Shown here one piece after another: positions 58,701-64,000 of a stretch of DNA of 64,000 bases; within the stretch, counting starts at the first letter, position 1; the number at the start of each line of letters is the position of its first letter. The notes beneath the pieces were generated by a model. It was not told the origin of the DNA. It saw only the letters and a program-made list of their open reading frames with translations, and made no database searches. The position numbers were made by a program, and so were the translations under genes. The stretch is from NCBI GenBank assembly GCA_963837175.1, contig CAWIMJ010000012.1, forward strand, positions 199,724-263,723, in the 5' to 3' direction. Source of the DNA: an uncultured Nitrososphaeraceae archaeon (GTDB lineage: Archaea > Thermoproteota > Nitrososphaeria > Nitrososphaerales > Nitrososphaeraceae).

Positions 58701-58829
58701 ATATAAAATCTGTCGGGTGGCTAATAAATCCAGGATCACAAGGGCAATAATAATCGCTGCAATATAGACGGACATTGTCCTAATGCTGGCAAGAGAAGTG
58801 AAGACGTCAGACCTGCCCATGTTCCACAA
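55741..58829 (-). CDS. Large membrane-bound sensor histidine kinase, split in three by indels at about 56460 and 56720
   Basis: About ten N-terminal TM helices; H-box reconstructs as EFINVAAHELRNPIQPI; NFLSNAVKF, DTGKG, GLGLGL. Confidence 0.88.
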
Positions 58830-59041
58830 TCACCACTAGTATGTAAGCTGTTAAATACTTTTTATATTGAAAAGCCCAGCTAATCTAATCTAATCTAATA
58901 CATAATAATATAAACGGTGACAATTCTAGTGCCTTTTTGCTTCTGCCATGACTTTTTACATAAATTAGGCTATTATGCTATAGGTATAAAAACAAGGAAA
59001 AGATACACTATGTTAGTTTTTAATATCTTCTTTTCTTATCA

Positions 59042-59857
59042 TTAGTCCAAAAAGAGTGTATGTAAATTCTCGTTCAGAGAGTCAAGGAGTTTCATATCTT
59101 CAGGCTCAAGTTGGAAATCAAACACCTGGCTGTTCTCCTGGATCCGATCCTTGTGTATCGATTTTGGAATCACTATCACTTCATGCTGTAAACTCCAACG
59201 TATAAGGATCTGCGCTGGTGTTTTATTATATTTCCTTGCCACCTCTACGATAGTTGGATGATTGAGTTTGTTTCCCCTGGTTAATGGGCTATAAGCCTCA
59301 AGCTGAATCCTATTATTTCTGCAGAACCGTAACAGCTCGTGTTGGTATAGAAAGGGATGAAATTCCACTTGGTCAACTGCAGGCACAACGTCCGAATTCT
59401 GTAGAATCTCCATTAGTTGGCTGATCGAGTAATTGCTTACCCCTATTGCCTGCGCTTTACCCTGCCGCCATAATTTTATCATGGCCCTCCACGTCTCATC
59501 GCTGACCCCTTCTACTGGCCAATGTATTAGGTAGAGGTCGACGTAGGACAACCCGAGGCGTCGCAAGCTCCCTTCACAGGCTTGCAGGGTCGAATCGTAT
59601 CCTTGATAGCTGTTCCAGACCTTTGTGGTAATGAAGATTTCTTCTCTATTAATTCCGCTTTCCATCACTGCCCTACCCACATCCGCCTCATTACCATATA
59701 GCTGAGCGGTGTCGATGTGTCTGTACCCGATCTTCAACGCGTATCTGACAGCACGCAAAGTAATTTCTCCTGGTGGCGATTGGTAGACTCCTAGGCCAAG
59801 ACGTGGAATCTCGACTCCATTATTCAGCTTAGCCCGGGACTCCAAAGTCAATAACAT
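59042..59857 (-). CDS. Aldo/keto reductase (2,5-DKG/glyoxal reductase-like)
   Basis: GYRHIDTAQLYGNE, FITTKVW, DLYLIHWP, IGVSNY, QVEFHP, AYSPL, IPKS. Confidence 0.95.
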   Translation of the reverse strand: MLLTLESRAKLNNGVEIPRLGLGVYQSPPGEITLRAVRYALKIGYRHIDTAQLYGNEADVGRAVMESGINREEIFITTKVWNSYQGYDSTLQACEGSLRRLGLSYVDLYLIHWPVEGVSDETWRAMIKLWRQGKAQAIGVSNYSISQLMEILQNSDVVPAVDQVEFHPFLYQHELLRFCRNNRIQLEAYSPLTRGNKLNHPTIVEVARKYNKTPAQILIRWSLQHEVIVIPKSIHKDRIQENSQVFDFQLEPEDMKLLDSLNENLHTLFLD

Positions 59858-60646
59858 CGAAGGAATTATCTTCAGATCTCAACTTAACTCTATCGGCTAA
59901 TGGGTCGGGATAAAAAGAAGTTTTGACTTAAGTTTGTATAATTGTTTTCTTAGAGGTTTTATATCTGTTTGAACACTATACATAAATGGGTTCACGTAAT
60001 GTTTGATAATTATAGTGTTACCAATATAGAGTAACGCATTGTAGCATAAGGTGGTAGACTTTGACATAAAGGAATTCAATAGTATGCTTTATTTGTTATT
60101 ATTATTTCAGTTAAGAGTTCTTAGACAAAATAATCATTCAAATTAGCTAGGCTAGTGGTTTGTGAATCGAATTCGATATGAATTTAGGACTCAAGAGATT
60201 GGAGAGATGTAAAAGGATTAAACATTGCTGGTAGAGGGGTTTGCTATATTGCATGATGATTATGCTCGCAGCAAATAACAACCATCAGCAAAACATATAC
60301 TAGCGAAATTTTGAAATTAGATAATAGAGATCTCCTGGGTATTCTTACGTACAGAATGTTAGTTCAGATGCTTTCCACAATAATATATCACTTTAGTAAA
60401 ATGATTTAGAATAATAGGCTAGATAGAAGTATTAAAGATTTCATAAAATTTTAAAATGGGTGAGGAGATTTTTCGGAGTTTTACTGCTCATCGTACCATA
60501 TAATATATTATAAAAAAGGTACTTTAGCTGAAGAAATGTTTTTTAAATCCATATCTATACACAAGAAGTTGACCAGAACCTAATAAATCTTAAATGTTCC
60601 TTTCTATCTTAATGAAGAACAAATATATTGAAACTTTATCATAGGT

Positions 60647-61207
60647 ATGGCTATGTCCATGGTTATTTCATGGACATTCTTGTCATCTGCTATTGATAAT
60701 TCAATAAGACAAGAATCAATGGCTACTACAGCTACAATACAAATACAACAAACAATAGGAAACGCTATTACTACTACATCAGTTCAAAATACAACATCAG
60801 ATATAGCATCTTTAAGTGATCCATTTTACAAGGAGAGGACAAAGTCTACAGGCATGAGAGTAATAGATGTTATTGATAGACCCAAGGTAGAAGTCTCTTT
60901 CTCAGGTAATGGAACAATAAGAGATAACATAAATGTTTCAGATATCGGAACAATATGGACTATTCCCACATCTGGTAGTATGATCTACAGTCAAGGACAA
61001 GGCATACTGACTATACAAGATAGTGAAATAGCAACATATACTCAGCAAGGCGTAGGGCAAACACTCCTCAAGAAGATATATTTCATGGTCAATGTCACAT
61101 CTTTAACTAGTAGCAAATTAGCATTTCCTAACAATATGTTAAGTATATACTACTATGAAACAGATATTGCTGGAAATGCTGTAAGACAAGTATGGGAATG
61201 GAAATAG
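60647..61207 (+). CDS. Exported hypothetical protein (start uncertain)
   Basis: Hydrophobic N-terminus, Thr-rich linker, beta-rich domain ending VWEWK. Confidence 0.65.
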   Translation: MAMSMVISWTFLSSAIDNSIRQESMATTATIQIQQTIGNAITTTSVQNTTSDIASLSDPFYKERTKSTGMRVIDVIDRPKVEVSFSGNGTIRDNINVSDIGTIWTIPTSGSMIYSQGQGILTIQDSEIATYTQQGVGQTLLKKIYFMVNVTSLTSSKLAFPNNMLSIYYYETDIAGNAVRQVWEWK

Positions 61208-61444
61208 GTATAATTTTTCCTCTCTCATTTATTCCTTAATTTTCAGAGCATAATTTTGAATTTAAAGTGATTACCTACTAGTAGAAGATCGATATAGCTC
61301 AGTGTTAATATTAATTGTAGTTGCAAGCTTTTAACTATCTATTACGCTTCATTTTTCTGATACGATCGATGTACCATGTTTGGCTTAAGTATATTTTAAC
61401 AAGATCTCTTTTAGCTAAATTATAATAGTTAATTTATTAAATAT

Positions 61445-62110
61445 ATGGTCATGAAAGTAATAGATCTTACTCTAGGAATTTCCTCAAACATAAAAGTCTT
61501 TTCAGGTTCTCCTCAACCTTCTTTTATCAAGTGGTCAAAATTTGATATTCATGGCTATGATTCTGAAGTGATGTTTATGAGCACTCACACAGGAACTCAT
61601 ATGGATGCACCTTCTCATTTTATATTAGGTAGAGCAACTATAGATGAAATCGAAGTTAACAGATTTGTTTGCAATAATGCATTATTACTAAAAATTGAAA
61701 AGGAATCTAATCAAACAATTAGTCGTAATGATATAATTGGTGCTGAGAAGGATGATGATGGTGGTGGTGAGGAGATAAAAGAAAATGATACAATAGTATT
61801 TTTTACAGGTTGGGAAAGACAGATTGAAAAAGACAATTATATATCAGATAATCCTGGTCTTTCTACAGATGCTGCAAAATATTTGGCAGAAAAGAAAGTT
61901 AATGCCGTAGCAATAGATGGTCCTAGTATTGATCCTGGAATAGATAATAGCTTTAAAGCACATAAAATTTTATTATCTAATGATATCCTTATAATAGAAA
62001 ATCTTTGTAATTTAGAGAAATTCAATAGCAGAAGGTTTACACTCATAATTACACCGTTAAAATTGATAGGTATTTCTGGCTCACCTGTAAGAGCTATTGG
62101 AATTCAATGA
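61445..62110 (+). CDS. Cyclase-family metal hydrolase (kynurenine formamidase-like)
   Basis: HTGTHMDAPSHF, FTGW, NPGLS, IDGPSID, IIENL, GSPVRA. Confidence 0.92.
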   Translation: MVMKVIDLTLGISSNIKVFSGSPQPSFIKWSKFDIHGYDSEVMFMSTHTGTHMDAPSHFILGRATIDEIEVNRFVCNNALLLKIEKESNQTISRNDIIGAEKDDDGGGEEIKENDTIVFFTGWERQIEKDNYISDNPGLSTDAAKYLAEKKVNAVAIDGPSIDPGIDNSFKAHKILLSNDILIIENLCNLEKFNSRRFTLIITPLKLIGISGSPVRAIGIQ

Positions 62111-62414
62111 AATACTGCAACTAATAACGGAGACTATCAAAGTATAGCAAGTCTGAAATAGCTTGCTAAATACTCATATTCCAAATGTATTAAACATATG
62201 AAATTAAATTTGATTCTTGAATTTATATCGGTTCGGGCCCAAGGGTGTGTGAATCAAATTTGACTCTACATTTAGGCCCAGAATATATTTCCTGCCATTG
62301 TATAACTCTCATCGATGAGAGTTATACTTTTAAGAGATATATCACCCCCCCTGTCTGACTGGTGCTTCGATTCTTAATAGTAGTAGAAAAGAGGTTGTAA
62401 GTGATTAATTGTAT

Positions 62415-62786
62415 ATGAGTCTATTTCCAAACGAAGATATTCTTACTAAAGAAATTGAATCATGGAAAGCTTTTGCAGATAGTTTGCATAGTGATAATAG
62501 AGAATTATTTATGAATATGTTAAATGAATGTTACAAGTACGCTGCTGCAATTAATGCAAAAGGCGAACCATTTCCAGCTGAACCATTGATTATGGCATTG
62601 CTACTTTCTCAGCATAAAATGATTGATTGGTTAACAAAACAAATTTCAAGATATGAATCACTTAATATAAACAAGAATGAAGTTAAGGAATCTAAACACA
62701 AAGAAGAAATATTAGATAAGAAAGTACAAATGATTACATCAGAAAGAATGAAAGAATTCATTATATTGACGATGAATATTAGCTAG
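62415..62786 (+). CDS. Small helical protein (arCOG07300-like, PolB2-associated type)
   Basis: EIESWKAFADSL...RELFMNML...YAAAINAK..PFPAEPLIMALLLSQHKMI. Confidence 0.65.
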   Translation: MSLFPNEDILTKEIESWKAFADSLHSDNRELFMNMLNECYKYAAAINAKGEPFPAEPLIMALLLSQHKMIDWLTKQISRYESLNINKNEVKESKHKEEILDKKVQMITSERMKEFIILTMNIS

Positions 62787-62818
62787 GAGATTATATGACT
62801 TCATGAATTCTCTAGCGA

Positions 62819-63091
62819 CTAAATATCTGGAGATTTCTTTGCTTCATGTCCCAGAAGCTTGCGAACATGTTCTATTTCCCATATTGAAGTAGCCCACTGT
62901 GGAAATGTGAAAAAGATTCCAAGCAATACGAACCAGTAGGCGATAGACAAAATCCACCAGCTAAAAGAAAAAACCCACTGTTTGTTTTCAAACAATTCCA
63001 AGATGGTAAAGCCACCAAAGGATGGAGCGACAATCACTCCGGACGCTTCTATTCTTTCTTGGACCAGGAATATGTGATATAGAAGATACAC
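62819..63091 (-). CDS. Hypothetical membrane protein fragment
   Basis: Hydrophobic Trp-rich ORF with no recognisable motif. Confidence 0.35.
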   Translation of the reverse strand: MYLLYHIFLVQERIEASGVIVAPSFGGFTILELFENKQWVFSFSWWILSIAYWFVLLGIFFTFPQWATSIWEIEHVRKLLGHEAKKSPDI

Positions 63092-63254
63092 AAAGGTTGG
63101 TGACAGAGATTGAAATGTTAAAGTTTGTATTATACTTGGTGTGCAGAAATAATAGAAGAAGTAAAGCTAGCTAGCCTATCTCTTGGAGAAGAAAGCAAAA
63201 CAAAGAAAAAAGAAAAAGGAGGAAAGAGAGAACTAATTTTTTGTCTTTATTTGT

Positions 63255-63512
63255 TTATGGTTGCTGTCCTGGTGGTTCATTTCCTGCTGGGTTTTTTGCT
63301 GGTTTTGCTGGGTTTTGAGTCAATCCGTTATCATTGTTGCAGGTTGGCTGTTGACCTCCTGGCTGATTACCGCCACCGTTTGTGCATGATGGCGGTTGTG
63401 CTGGGGTTATTTTAGCTTGGACTGGAGTGACTAATGACGAGACTAGCATTGCTACTGACAGTGTTACAGCCATGGCAGCAAGTGTTGCGAATGTTACTTT
63501 GTGTATGTTCAT
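63255..63512 (-). CDS. Small secreted peptide with an internal NxxGNxPxGQQP repeat
   Basis: Sec-type signal ending PVQA; mature part of about 52 aa with two Cys and a duplicated motif. Confidence 0.75.
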   Translation of the reverse strand: MNIHKVTFATLAAMAVTLSVAMLVSSLVTPVQAKITPAQPPSCTNGGGNQPGGQQPTCNNDNGLTQNPAKPAKNPAGNEPPGQQP

Positions 63513-63739
63513 GTCAAAGTCTTATCTCTTATTATCTATAAAAGAGTTCTAGGAGACTTTTTGAGATTATCTACGTTAATTAGCAATAATAGGGAAAGTT
63601 AGTCTAAAAAAGATAGTCAATTGACGAAATCTCTTAATTTGTCTTTTTAAGCTCTTTATTAGAATACTCATAACAAGAATCAGATTGAGAAGCCAAAATA
63701 AGGAATAAGAGCCAATAGACTGAAAAAAATTACAAAATT

Positions 63740-63985
63740 CAGTCAGAGAATGTTATGTTGCATTATGAAATGATGCTGATGCTGGAGAGAAATTTAATAG
63801 ATTACAGACATCATTGAATCATAATAATTATACAATACCTCTTATTGGATTCAGCTGGATTTCAAACACTACTTGGGATAAGGCTAAAATCAATGCTCAA
63901 AATAATGGACCAGAACTTACCAAATTCATTATCGCTTTTGATAGGACATGTCCAAATACTAATAATGGAATAGAAGAAGAATAAG
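63740..63985 (+). pseudogene. Relic of an alpha/beta-hydrolase-like gene
   Basis: AGEKFNRLQTSLNHNNYTIPLIGFSWISNTTWDKAKINAQNNGPEL bounded by stops. Confidence 0.4.
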
Positions 63986-64000
63986 ATTTTCTTGACGCAT

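Noticed and set aside
62229-62375. GC-richer patch with GGTTCG / TTCGATTC resembling a tRNA T-loop
   Set aside because: No cloverleaf or acceptor stem could be built.

Overview
AT-rich archaeal chromosome segment. Gene families, receiver-only response regulators, many F420-type enzymes and poly-N/Q/T tracts point to a soil ammonia-oxidising archaeon (Nitrososphaeraceae; inferred). It opens with housekeeping genes (RFC small subunit 3' end, queC-queE-folE) and continues into about 60 kb of accessory DNA: carbamoyltransferase, glycosyltransferase and deacetylase genes, a cupredoxin followed by two HiPIP-like genes, LigD with ChaB and an inactive RadA-like protein, five F420/flavin oxidoreductases, two histidine kinase/receiver clusters, and a phosphatase / class III cyclase / HD-GNAT cluster. 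It also holds degenerate IS6 and IS481 elements, an (AATC)20 microsatellite, helically phased repeat arrays and many gene relics. No rRNA, intact tRNA or CRISPR array was seen. About a dozen otherwise intact genes carry single-base indels, three of them in the same GCWGC context, so some apparent pseudogenes may be assembly errors. The best candidates for undescribed systems are the tandem HiPIP-like genes beside a blue-copper protein (13.4-15.2 kb) and the cyclase plus phosphodiesterase-GNAT fusion module (44.5-47.8 kb). All family assignments come from motif recognition by eye; no database searches were run.
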